The notes beneath the pieces are model-generated. The model ran no database searches. It was not told where the DNA came from and saw only the letters and a list, made by a program, of their open reading frames with translations. From Candidatus Poribacteria bacterium (GTDB lineage Bacteria; Poribacteria; WGA-4E; WGA-3G), in the NCBI GenBank assembly GCA_003635315.1, contig PYJD01000040.1, forward strand, positions 65,276 to 129,275: a DNA stretch of 64,000 nucleotides, given 5' to 3'. The translations under genes and the position numbers were made by a program. This document shows positions 41,450 to 51,008 of the stretch, piece by piece. Position 1 is the stretch's first letter. Every line of letters starts with the position of its first letter.

Positions 41450-41768
41450 TTTATTATCACTATAAAGAACAATTTTATAGTATCATTATACTATATTAGA
41501 GTAGTTTAAATGTCAAGAAAAAACAGGTTTATTTAGTTTTCTAAATTTCCAATACATTTTATCTATTCCGTTATTGTTTATATTGGTATCTTATATAGGT
41601 CTTTAGTTCCATCGGGACGGAATGTTTATAGAATAAATGCAAACCACCTCTCTTGAGATCCGACAAATGCCATATGGAGAATCTCGATTGCAGATTATAG
41701 TAGAGTGAATAAATAATGAGACATTTCAACTTTTTGCGAAGAACGTCCAGCGTAGGGGCGAGGTGACC

Positions 41769-41791
41769 TCGCCTATTCTAAAATGTTCCAT
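41769..41791. repeat. GC-rich palindromic motif CGTAGGGGCGAGGT-G-ACCTCGCC (one of three CGTAGGGG(C/T)GAGG copies)
   Basis: It is a perfect 8-bp inverted repeat GGCGAGGT/ACCTCGCC in the divergent LamG2/LamG3 intergenic region. Related copies lie at 41847-41860 and 4397-4420. Confidence 0.5.
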
Positions 41792-42238
41792 TAATTCAAA
41801 AAATTACTATAAATAAATATTTCGCTAATCCAGACCATAAAAACATCGTAGGGGCGAGGTTTCCCAACCCGTATATTACCGAAAATCTAAATAACCGATG
41901 AATTTTAAAACTAAATAACCTTCAAGAAAAACCGTTGATTGGAATTTTTATGTATGTATTACTTATTTTATTTTGTGGAGGATTACATGGTTATCTATTG
42001 GGAGAAATTGAATCTGAAAACGGTTGCATGAATTAGTTATTTTATTTATGATTTTAACTTGACAGATTTAATCCTATCTTGTAAAATTGTTTTAATTATA
42101 TGAAAAGTGTGTTTTCTTTAATCCTGAAGAAAATATACAGAATCCTAATAAATGCAACTGGTTCTCAGGATCGTATAAACAAGCTTTTCTCACCAAACAA
42201 AATAGTAGTTATTGTATATCATGAGGAGGAATTAACTC

Positions 42239-43018
42239 ATGCGTTTTTTCATTTATCTTTTTGTTGCTACACTCTTCTGTGTTGGCACTGTTCTCTCCAC
42301 AGAAGCTGCATTGGATGATAATCTCGCACTTTACTTCAGTTTTGATAAGGACATTGATGGTACAGTTTATGATGGAACTGGAAACGGAAATCACGGTACG
42401 CTGAATCTGGCAACTATTAATGCTGATGATAAAAAAGTCGGATTAGCATCATTAGAAATAAAAGATGCAAATGCCGTTGTCGAAGTTGAATCGTTTTTTG
42501 ACTTAGAAGTATACCAAGACAACAGTTTTGTTTTTTGGCTTAACTTTATCGCTGCTCATAATGGTGCTTGGAGTCAGATTTTTGCTAAAAAAGCTCCAGG
42601 GTCTGACCGTTCTCCAGGGGTCTGGATCTGTCCCAACTCTCTAAATATCCATTATAGATTTAATCCAGGTAACCGAGGTACAGGTTGTGTTGGTCCAGGA
42701 GGCGAGGGTCAATTATTTGAAACAAATAAATGGTATCATATTGCTGGTGTCAAAGAGAGTGGTAAATTTAGATTCTACATAGATGGTGCTCAAATTGAAG
42801 AACACGATGTACCGTCTCCACATGCTCAAGGTCCTGAAAAACTTTATATCGGGAAAACAGGCTATCGATCCGCTACTTTCCTCATGGATGACTTTTTCCT
42901 TTTCACAAGAGCAATTTCTGCCGATGAAGTCAATGCCATTAAGAATGGGCAACTCATTGCTGTTGAACCTGAGGATAAATTAACCACTACATGGGGTATC
43001 ATCAAAGACAAACAGTAG
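42239..43018 (+). CDS. secreted LamG-like domain protein, paralog 3, with C-terminal LATTWG tail
   Basis: 259 aa with a signal peptide and the RBS 'gaggagg'. It has the same conserved core and Cys pair (WICPNS…GCVGP). The C-terminus is 'LIAVEPEDKLTTTWGIIKDKQ'. Confidence 0.75.
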   Translation: MRFFIYLFVATLFCVGTVLSTEAALDDNLALYFSFDKDIDGTVYDGTGNGNHGTLNLATINADDKKVGLASLEIKDANAVVEVESFFDLEVYQDNSFVFWLNFIAAHNGAWSQIFAKKAPGSDRSPGVWICPNSLNIHYRFNPGNRGTGCVGPGGEGQLFETNKWYHIAGVKESGKFRFYIDGAQIEEHDVPSPHAQGPEKLYIGKTGYRSATFLMDDFFLFTRAISADEVNAIKNGQLIAVEPEDKLTTTWGIIKDKQ

Positions 43019-43055
43019 TAATTCCAAAACGTCATTATTATTAAAGTTATTCATT

Positions 43056-43092
43056 AGAGGGGAAAATCTATGTTTATTTTCCCCTCTAATCT
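43056..43092 (+). terminator. intrinsic terminator of LamG paralog 3
   Basis: 'TTAGAGGGGAAAATctatgtttATTTTCCCCTCTAA' is a long perfect stem followed by a T-rich tail. Confidence 0.6.
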
Positions 43093-43120
43093 TTAGTTAT
43101 CTAACATTGGACTTAAGCAC

Positions 43121-44434
43121 ATGAAACAAACAATTCAGATGTGCTTATATTTATTCATTCTTTTTCAATTAGTTCTACGTTCTGTTTGGTGTGAAGATAA
43201 TTTACTACCGAATGACCCTATTGATCTGGGTATACACTATTTAGAAATGGAACAATATGATAAGGCTTATGATGCTTTTGATGCAGTTAGAAAAAAAGAA
43301 CCCAGTAGCGGCATCTATTGTTATATTGGAATCGTCTTACAAGAACAAAATAGACTCAGTGATGCCGTAGATGCATATCAAAAAGCCTTAACCTATTCCG
43401 CACCACAACAAATCCATTCCTCTGCCCACCTTCATTTGGGAATTGTTTACAAAGCACAAGGTAATTTAGAACTCGCTGAATCACATCTTCAGGAAGCCCT
43501 TATACGCGCGCCCAATACTGTTGAGGCATATATACACCTCGGTGAAACATATCTTCGGCAACACAAATTGGACAAGGCTGAAAAAGCATATCGCCATAGT
43601 ATAAAATTGAACCCTATTTATACTGAATCCTACTATGGTTTAGGGAGAGTGGAAGAATTGCAGAACCATTTTGACTCTGCAATTCAACAATATCGTCTTG
43701 CAATAGAAAAAAATCCATACGCTCCTGACGCATATTATCGTCTTTCATTGGTTCTCCGACGTATAGATAAGTCTGGAGATGCTGAAGCAGCAATGCATCA
43801 GTTTAAAAAAATGAAGGATTATTCAGATAATGTACATAGATTTCGAGAGACGATTTATAAAAATCCGAATAATCCTATCTTGTATCTGAAATTAGGACAA
43901 TTACACGAACAACATGATAATCAATCGGATGCCCAAAGAGTTTACCAGATGGCTATCTCTCTGTATCCAACTTATCTACCGGTATATCATAGCCTTGGTG
44001 AAGTCTTAATCGGTAAAAGAGAGTTAGAAAAAGCAACGGCTGTATATCATAAAATCACGGAAATTGACCCCAATGATGTTCAAGCTTATCTAAAATTAGG
44101 TGTCATATATATAAATCGTAGTAAATATGACCCTGCAATAACTTCATTTAAGCAAGCAATTAATGTTGATAACACATCTGCTGAAGCCTATAATAACCTC
44201 GCTCGCGTCTATGCAGGACTTGGTGATAAAACAAGTGAAGCAATACATCTGGCGAAACGTGCAATTGAGATATCACCGATTTCAAAACATTATGACACGC
44301 TTGCTTACTCTTACTATCGCAATAAACAATATACGGAAGCCTTAAAAGCTATTGAGCATGCACTCACATTGACTCCAGGGGTTAAGGCTTTTGAAAATCT
44401 TCGATCCGAAATCCAAGAAAAAATCAAACAGTAA
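43121..44434 (+). CDS. secreted tetratricopeptide-repeat (TPR) protein
   Basis: 437 aa with a signal peptide and many 34-aa TPR units (…AYxxLGxxYxxxxxxxxAxxxYxxAL… repeated about 10 times). Confidence 0.75.
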   Translation: MKQTIQMCLYLFILFQLVLRSVWCEDNLLPNDPIDLGIHYLEMEQYDKAYDAFDAVRKKEPSSGIYCYIGIVLQEQNRLSDAVDAYQKALTYSAPQQIHSSAHLHLGIVYKAQGNLELAESHLQEALIRAPNTVEAYIHLGETYLRQHKLDKAEKAYRHSIKLNPIYTESYYGLGRVEELQNHFDSAIQQYRLAIEKNPYAPDAYYRLSLVLRRIDKSGDAEAAMHQFKKMKDYSDNVHRFRETIYKNPNNPILYLKLGQLHEQHDNQSDAQRVYQMAISLYPTYLPVYHSLGEVLIGKRELEKATAVYHKITEIDPNDVQAYLKLGVIYINRSKYDPAITSFKQAINVDNTSAEAYNNLARVYAGLGDKTSEAIHLAKRAIEISPISKHYDTLAYSYYRNKQYTEALKAIEHALTLTPGVKAFENLRSEIQEKIKQ

Positions 44435-44663
44435 TTAAGTGAATTAATTAGGAAAATCCTACAATTTTAAGGCATAAATCCAGCAGATTTCTGAATATAT
44501 TTCAGTCTCATTGAAAGATAATAACATTTCTAATTGATAAACTCTCTTTTTTGTATCACAAACTTTCAGTTTTTTTCTTCCCTGTTTCATTCCTAACAGC
44601 CGGTAATGAAATAATCATAAATAGAAATGGTATAAGAATATGGTGGATTATGAATACTTAATA

Positions 44664-45224
44664 ATGAATGTTGAACAGATAAAAGTAGTTGGTATATGTG
44701 GGAGTTTACGTAAAAATAGCACCACACATGCAGCCTTAAAAATAGCTCTTTCGGGAGCAAAAAATGAAGGTGCTACGGTAGAACTATTAGATTTAAATGA
44801 CTATAAATTAATCTTTCATGGTTCCGTAAATGACGAATCAGAATATCCACCTGATGTACTTAGATTAAAAGAAAATGTGAAAAGTGCACACGGAATTCTA
44901 CTTGGTACCCCAGAATACCATGGTAGTTTTAGTGGGGTATTAAAAAATGCATTGGACTTTATGTGGTATGAGGAATTTGAAAATAAAGTAGTTGGATTGA
45001 TTGGTGTTTCTGGTGGAAGGATGGGGGCAGGTAATGCACTCACTATGTTGAGGACAGTCGGTGCTACACTCCGAGCATTTGTCATACCAAGAGAAGTATC
45101 CATCTCAACAGCATCCGAGGCGTTTGATGCGAATGGAAATACATACGACCCAGAATTGTCCACGCGATTGAAATCTATTGGCGTTCAAGTCACACAATTT
45201 GCACAGATGTTCTTGTCAACTTAG
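44664..45224 (+). CDS. NADPH-dependent FMN reductase family flavoprotein
   Basis: About 186 aa. 'IKVVGICGSLRKNSTTHAALKIA' is the flavodoxin-like NADPH-dependent FMN reductase N-terminal motif. Confidence 0.75.
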   Translation: MNVEQIKVVGICGSLRKNSTTHAALKIALSGAKNEGATVELLDLNDYKLIFHGSVNDESEYPPDVLRLKENVKSAHGILLGTPEYHGSFSGVLKNALDFMWYEEFENKVVGLIGVSGGRMGAGNALTMLRTVGATLRAFVIPREVSISTASEAFDANGNTYDPELSTRLKSIGVQVTQFAQMFLST

Positions 45225-45237
45225 GATATATCAAAAT

Positions 45238-45897
45238 ATGGATAAATTACATAACTGGGAAAAATGGATTGGTACGGATGAATCCGGAAAAGGGGATTAC
45301 TTCGGTCCGTTAGTGGTCGTCGGGGTATATGTAGATACTGACAGCAGTGAAAAAATAAAAGAACATGGAATTGTTGACGGTAAGAGAATATACATAAACC
45401 AAATTCAGGATATGGCTGAATGGTTATTGGATCATTATGACAAAAATATATCTGTTATTAAGTATATGACAAGTGAATATAATTCAATTTACAAGAAGTT
45501 GGTAAAACAGAAAAAGAATCTAAATAACATGCTCGCAGAAATGCATATTAAGGTGATCACAGAACTTTCTACTCGTACCGATATAAAAAACGCCATCATT
45601 GATAAATTCTCTTACCACGATTTAATATCCCCAAAATTGCCCGGAAATAATTACAACTTAAAATTGGTGACAGGAGGAGAAAGAGACATAGCTGTAGCCG
45701 CTGCCTCCGTGATTGCACGCTATACATTCAGAAAAGAACTTACTGCTTTATCAGATAAATACAAATTTGATCTACCACCTGGGGCAAATGATGTTATTAA
45801 TGCAGGAAAACTTTTTGTAGAGACACATGGTATCGAGGAATTAAAGAATGTAGCAAAACTACATTTTCGAACTACCGAACAAATTCTCAATCAGTAA
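45238..45897 (+). CDS. ribonuclease HII/HIII-family catalytic domain protein (RNase HIII-like core without the N-terminal domain)
   Basis: 219 aa. 'IGTDESGKGDYFGPLVVVGVYV' matches the RNase HIII-type 'DE(S/V)GxGDYFGP' active-site motif rather than the RNase HII 'DEAGRGP'. Confidence 0.65.
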   Translation: MDKLHNWEKWIGTDESGKGDYFGPLVVVGVYVDTDSSEKIKEHGIVDGKRIYINQIQDMAEWLLDHYDKNISVIKYMTSEYNSIYKKLVKQKKNLNNMLAEMHIKVITELSTRTDIKNAIIDKFSYHDLISPKLPGNNYNLKLVTGGERDIAVAAASVIARYTFRKELTALSDKYKFDLPPGANDVINAGKLFVETHGIEELKNVAKLHFRTTEQILNQ

Positions 45898-46105
45898 TCT
45901 GGTTGATTTGAGACTTGTTATAATGTGTCTTGCTCTGAATTGAAAATAAATTGAAGAATTATAAACAATCAAACATCACATATATGAAAAAGAGTTGACA
46001 GAATGGTAAACATACGTTACAATAACATATAGAAAATAAATAAAATACTCATGCTAATATATGTTGTAAGACAAAACAAGAAATTAAAGAATATATAGAC
46101 AGTTA

Positions 46106-46195
46106 TACAAATGACAAGAATACAATACATACTAATTAGACAATTAAGTATACAAATGACAAGAATACAATACATACTAATTAGACAATTAAGTA
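46106..46195. repeat. perfect 45-bp tandem direct repeat, 2 copies
   Basis: 'tacaaatgacaagaatacaatacatactaattagacaattaagta' is repeated twice head-to-tail in the AT-rich spacer. Confidence 0.9.
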
Positions 46196-46243
46196 CTAAG
46201 GTATCCATTAAGAGAACTTTTTAAATAAAAACAAGAGAAATAA

Positions 46244-46633
46244 ATGATGACTATCTACAAAAACGATCCTAAATACAAAAAAATATTTATGTCAAAAAAA
46301 CGACATTATTTGCAGGTTGGAATTATCAAAATCCGTAACGACACAAAAAACACAAAATCACACTTTTTGGAAATTCCTATAAAGTCAATTCAAAGTGGCG
46401 TAAAGTCAGTCTCTGACAGAGGTTAGAAGGGGTATTTACACCAATTTCAATACTACAGAATGTAGGAAAAAGTGTAACTTTTTTCCTTTTTCGACGAATT
46501 GAAGAATTCAACATTATCACAATTATTCATCAAGGAATTTAGGATTAAAAGTCTGTTTTTGCACCTTATTAAGTTGTCGTATATTAGGATTAATAGTTAT
46601 ATTTACGACTACGAGTTCCATTACAATTTTTAA
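46244..46633 (+). repeat. long copy 2 of the roughly 400-nt noncoding repeat family (partner of 4541..4942)
   Basis: It has the same block order A-F as copy 1. The initial 33 nt, ATGATGACTATCTACAAAAACGATCCTAAATAC, is near-identical. Frames then diverge. It contains the degenerate core motif 46449..46478. Confidence 0.75.
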
Positions 46634-46914
46634 ATGAAAATGTCTCTTTATTTTAGACTAAACTTTAGATTGTGAAGTATGAGATGACATCCAAATAAAC
46701 CTGTAATGCAACTTCATTCTTAGAATTGGTATAATACCATTTCTAATATTTCACGAATCTCTTTGTAGCATAAACTTTTAGTTTGTGCCACTCGTTCACT
46801 CTAATATGATCTCCTTTTCGGGCGGAGAACTCCATCACCCGTTATTCAAAATATTGGTCTGGTTAAAACAAAGAACGCTAAAAATATCTGAGTTATGAGA
46901 TTGGAATAAGATTG

Positions 46915-48096
46915 ATGGATAATACCCATAGATTCTATTGTATACATTATGCCGAAGTAGGTCTTAAGGGCAAAAATAGAGCATATTTTGAAAAAAAACT
47001 CGTAAAAAATATAAAATTATCCTTACAAGGCACTAAATACACAGAAGTGAAAAGACTTCACGATAGGATATTAGTACTGTTGGATCAGAGTACAGACATC
47101 TCTGCAATAGAACAACGTTTACGAGGGGTCATGGGAATTGCTCATTTTGAACTTGTTAATCTATCAGACAAGAACATGGCTGCAATTAAAGAGATGTCCC
47201 TAAAGTCAATCGAAGGTAAAGATTTTCAGTCCTTGAAAGTCGAAACAAAAAGGTCTGATAAGAATTTTCCATTAACATCACCTGAAATCAGCAAAGAAAT
47301 TGGTGGACACCTCATACAAAAAACTGGATGTCAGGCAGATATGCACAATCCTGATGTGACAGTACGTATTGATGTCTCACGTCATGATGTATATATATAT
47401 TCTGATAAACAGACTGGGATTGGGGGGTTACCGGTTGGTGTTAGCGGTAAAGTTCTTGTAATGCTTTCTGGCGGTATTGATTCACCTGTTGCAGCATGGC
47501 GAATGATTAAACGTGGAGCAAAGGCAGTATTTATTCATTTTTTTAGTTATCCTTATACAGATAAGGCTTCATTGGAAAAAGTAATGGAATTAGCACGTAT
47601 CCTTTCAGAATCTAATTATCGAAGTACCGTCTACCTAATTCCATTTGCAGATCTTCAACAAATTATAGTATCAGAGACACCTGCTCCTTTTCGGGTATTA
47701 CTGTATAGAAGGTTAATGACTCGGATTGCAGAACGTGTGGCAATACTTGCTGATGCCGAAGCACTTGTAACAGGTGAAAGTTTAGCACAAGTTGCTTCCC
47801 AAACACTTACAAACCTTAGATCAATCGAGTCAATTGCAGAAATTCCAATACTGCGACCCTTAATTGGTGATGATAAAGCAGATATAATTGAAAAGGCACA
47901 ACAGATAGGAACTTTTGATGTATCTACGCTTCCGCATCAGGATTGCTGTTCGTTATTTGTTCCAAAACACCCCGCAACCCGTGCTTCAGTAGAAGATTTA
48001 GATAATGCTGAAAAGGCGTTAGATATTTCCTTTCTTGTTGAAAAAGCAATACAGGGAATGGAAAAGAGGATTGTCTGTTTTGATTATGAGTATTAG
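46915..48096 (+). CDS. thiI: tRNA 4-thiouridine(8) synthase / thiamine-biosynthesis sulfur carrier protein ThiI
   Basis: About 393 aa with a THUMP domain and a PP-loop 'VLVMLSGGIDSPVAAW' (SGGxDS). Confidence 0.85.
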   Translation: MDNTHRFYCIHYAEVGLKGKNRAYFEKKLVKNIKLSLQGTKYTEVKRLHDRILVLLDQSTDISAIEQRLRGVMGIAHFELVNLSDKNMAAIKEMSLKSIEGKDFQSLKVETKRSDKNFPLTSPEISKEIGGHLIQKTGCQADMHNPDVTVRIDVSRHDVYIYSDKQTGIGGLPVGVSGKVLVMLSGGIDSPVAAWRMIKRGAKAVFIHFFSYPYTDKASLEKVMELARILSESNYRSTVYLIPFADLQQIIVSETPAPFRVLLYRRLMTRIAERVAILADAEALVTGESLAQVASQTLTNLRSIESIAEIPILRPLIGDDKADIIEKAQQIGTFDVSTLPHQDCCSLFVPKHPATRASVEDLDNAEKALDISFLVEKAIQGMEKRIVCFDYEY

Positions 48097-48164
48097 AGAT
48101 TGGATAAAAGATCATACTTCCTTAGAAATAGAAGAATCTAAAATGTAATATTCGGTTAAGATCC

Positions 48165-49157
48165 ATGGAAAAGATACTACTGATCCGTCTCAGTTCCCTC
48201 GGTGACATAGTATTAACAACACCGGCTATTCGTGCAATACGATCACATCATCCCAATGCATACATTGCAATGTTGGTAGCAAAACAATCTGCTGATATAT
48301 TGCTACATAATCCCAACCTTAATGAGATTATACATTTTGACAGATTATCTAAGCATAAAGATACAGCTGAGATGTACCGGATCCTCCGTATATTACGTCA
48401 ACGAAATTTCTCTCTATCCATTGATTTTCAACGCAAATTCCGTACTGAACTACTTATGTACTTATCTGGTGCAACCGACCGGGTTGGTAAGGGAATCCTC
48501 TCTACTGTACGTGTTCCTGAATCTGGCAACAAACACGCAACAGAACACTATTTTGACCTGTTACATGCTGTGGGAATACCTGCTGAAGATAGACATTTGG
48601 AAATCTACCTTCATGAGTCAGAACGGACTAAGGCTTGCCAATTATTCAAACATGAAGGAATAAATGATGGGGACTTAACAATTGGATTATTCCCAGGGGC
48701 AGGTTGGAAGTTGCGTGAATGGATGCCGGAACGTTTTGCAAAAATAGCGGATAGACTTGTTACCAATTTCAAAGCACAAGTGGTATTGTTCGGTGGTCCA
48801 AATGATGTAACCCTTGTAAATCATATAGCCAATACTATGGATGAATTGGCAATTAATTTTGCTGGGAAACTTAACTTACGAGAATTATCGTCATGTATTG
48901 AAAAGTGTGACCTTTTTATATCTAATGATACAGGACCGATGCACATTGCAACAGCTGTAGGAACACAAACTGTTGCTCTTTTTGGACCAGGAAATCACAT
49001 AAGATTTCAACCTATTGGTGACAACCACACACTTATAAGATACGATGTTCCTTGCAGCCCATGTAAACAATTCACGGATAAATGTAAAGATAATATCTGT
49101 ATGAAGGGAATAACAGTTGATGATGTATGGGATTCTATATGCAGGATACTCAATTAA
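48165..49157 (+). CDS. glycosyltransferase family 9 (ADP-heptose:LPS heptosyltransferase-like)
   Basis: 330 aa with 'ILLIRLSSLGDIVLTTPAIRAIR' and 'FISNDTGPMHIATAVGTQTVALFGP' GT9 motifs. Confidence 0.8.
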   Translation: MEKILLIRLSSLGDIVLTTPAIRAIRSHHPNAYIAMLVAKQSADILLHNPNLNEIIHFDRLSKHKDTAEMYRILRILRQRNFSLSIDFQRKFRTELLMYLSGATDRVGKGILSTVRVPESGNKHATEHYFDLLHAVGIPAEDRHLEIYLHESERTKACQLFKHEGINDGDLTIGLFPGAGWKLREWMPERFAKIADRLVTNFKAQVVLFGGPNDVTLVNHIANTMDELAINFAGKLNLRELSSCIEKCDLFISNDTGPMHIATAVGTQTVALFGPGNHIRFQPIGDNHTLIRYDVPCSPCKQFTDKCKDNICMKGITVDDVWDSICRILN

Positions 49158-49387
49158 CTCCTTATCTCATGAATTCTATTAGTTCTTGTACATGTAAACG
49201 CCATGTTTTATGAAATATGCCGATAGTTATCCAAATTTCTGTAAGGTAAACTTCCAGTTGACGTCATAATGATGCACAAACTGATGAAGATTAACTTTGT
49301 AATTGAGTAAAATATGTAGTTTGATTTATAGATTAATTCAGAGTATAACATTCTAAATTTACTAAATGTATCAATGTAGGGTCATCC

Positions 49388-50440
49388 CTATCCGCAAACT
49401 GCTTCAAATACACGAAGATGATTACCACCCATCACCTTCTGTATTTCCTCATCAGAATAACCACGATCAATTAAACCTTCTGTGATTTTTGGATATTCCG
49501 TAGCATCCTTAAGTAGATCCCCACCACCATCAAAATCCGATCCGATCCCAACATGATCTATTCCAGCTACATCAATAGCATATTCAACATGATTCAACAG
49601 TTTAGCAAAAGGTGGAGGATTACGCCATCCATCCTCAGTTATGAAACCAGAGACAAAGGTAATCCCGACTACACCGTCATTCGCTGTAATTGCTTTTAGT
49701 TGTTCATTTGTTAAATTTCGAGGATGGTTGCACAACGTTTTACAATTGCTATGCGAAGCGATAATCGGCTTAGAGGAAATATCCAGTACATCCCAAAATC
49801 CACGTTCACTTATATGTGAAACATCCACAAGTATACCCAGAGAGTTCATCTCATTAACTAACGCAATTCCAAATTTCGTTAATCCACCACCAGTTTCTCC
49901 TTCATCAATACCGGTTGACACCCAAGTATTAGGATTATGGGTCAAGCCAATTGACCGAACACCCAGACAATAAAGTGAACGTAATATGTTCAAACTACGT
50001 TCTACTCCCTCACTATTCTCAATAGCTAAGATACATGCTAACTTGCCTGCTGATTTAGCAGCACGTATATCTGTACCAGTTCTTGCAATACAGATATCGG
50101 ATGGGTTGTTTTCTACCTGCATATCAAACCATCCAAAAGCGTCCAATGCATATGAAAGATGGTTTTTCCAGGCACGGGTCACATCAACTGCAAAGAAGGC
50201 AGCATCAATTCCACCTTGACGCATTTTGGGAATATTCAGCTGAATCCCAATTGCATCTTCTTCTGGTGGAACTTTTCCTCGTAAATATGCAATTGTCCCA
50301 TTATATGCTTTATCGCTCTTTGTATATTCGTCATTAAGGCTGATATTACCGCGTCGAATATGCGCCACAATGGAGTCATTATGTGAATCTATAACAAGAG
50401 ATTGACTATGAAGATCGTTATTTGATGTTGTATCTGCCAT
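49388..50440 (-). CDS. membrane dipeptidase (peptidase M19 / renal-dipeptidase family)
   Basis: 350 aa with 'LVIDSHNDS', 'VDVSHISE' and 'VGIGSDFDG' metal-ligand motifs of M19. Confidence 0.8.
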   Translation of the reverse strand: MADTTSNNDLHSQSLVIDSHNDSIVAHIRRGNISLNDEYTKSDKAYNGTIAYLRGKVPPEEDAIGIQLNIPKMRQGGIDAAFFAVDVTRAWKNHLSYALDAFGWFDMQVENNPSDICIARTGTDIRAAKSAGKLACILAIENSEGVERSLNILRSLYCLGVRSIGLTHNPNTWVSTGIDEGETGGGLTKFGIALVNEMNSLGILVDVSHISERGFWDVLDISSKPIIASHSNCKTLCNHPRNLTNEQLKAITANDGVVGITFVSGFITEDGWRNPPPFAKLLNHVEYAIDVAGIDHVGIGSDFDGGGDLLKDATEYPKITEGLIDRGYSDEEIQKVMGGNHLRVFEAVCG

Positions 50441-50657
50441 TCGTCTATTCCTTTTGGATAAAACTGGTGGTTGAGAGGTATATCTGATTCTACAGTCTAA
50501 ATTACGTATCCAATTCTTGATTTGTTCTTTCTATATCTATAAATGAAGGTAATGACTTATCTATATTTTTTTGAATCATTCTAATGATAATACTTATATA
50601 ACGGATTTGTGTGATTATGTATTACCACCTATAGTGATTAAAAAAGAAACATCTTAT

Positions 50658-51008
50658 CTACAAATCAATGCAATATATCTGCCGTGTGTTTTCATGAATG
50701 GAGTCAAATGTAATTGTTTTTCCATCTGTTGACCATCTTGGATGTAAATCACACCGAATATCTCCTGTAAATTGCTTATCTTGTTGGAATTTCCCAAGAA
50801 AGACTTTCCGATTTTCAGTTATGTTGTATAACATTAATTCGGTATACCTTTCTGTTCCTCTCGGATAGGTGTGAAAATCAGTTTCTAAAGCAAGATGGTA
50901 TTCTCCATTACTATCCCAAGGGTTGATACCGTAATAACCAAAGAAATGATGGTTAGGTGGGTTAGTCAATCTACTAATATTTGAACTGATTATGGTATCT
51001 TCATTCAT
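50658..51008 (-). CDS. short PD40/TolB-like beta-propeller-blade protein (possible gene fragment)
   Basis: 116 aa. 'DLHPRWSTDGKTITFDS...RQIYCIDL' is a single PD40-type blade. It is too short for a complete propeller. Confidence 0.35.
   Translation of the reverse strand: MNEDTIISSNISRLTNPPNHHFFGYYGINPWDSNGEYHLALETDFHTYPRGTERYTELMLYNITENRKVFLGKFQQDKQFTGDIRCDLHPRWSTDGKTITFDSIHENTRQIYCIDL

Noticed and set aside
46106-46195. CRISPR array
   Set aside because: There are only two identical 45-bp units with no unique spacers between them. No cas genes are nearby.
46017-46208. 63-aa minus-strand ORF
   Set aside because: It is composed of the translation of the 45-bp tandem repeat (a repeated peptide). 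It is an artefact of the repeat.
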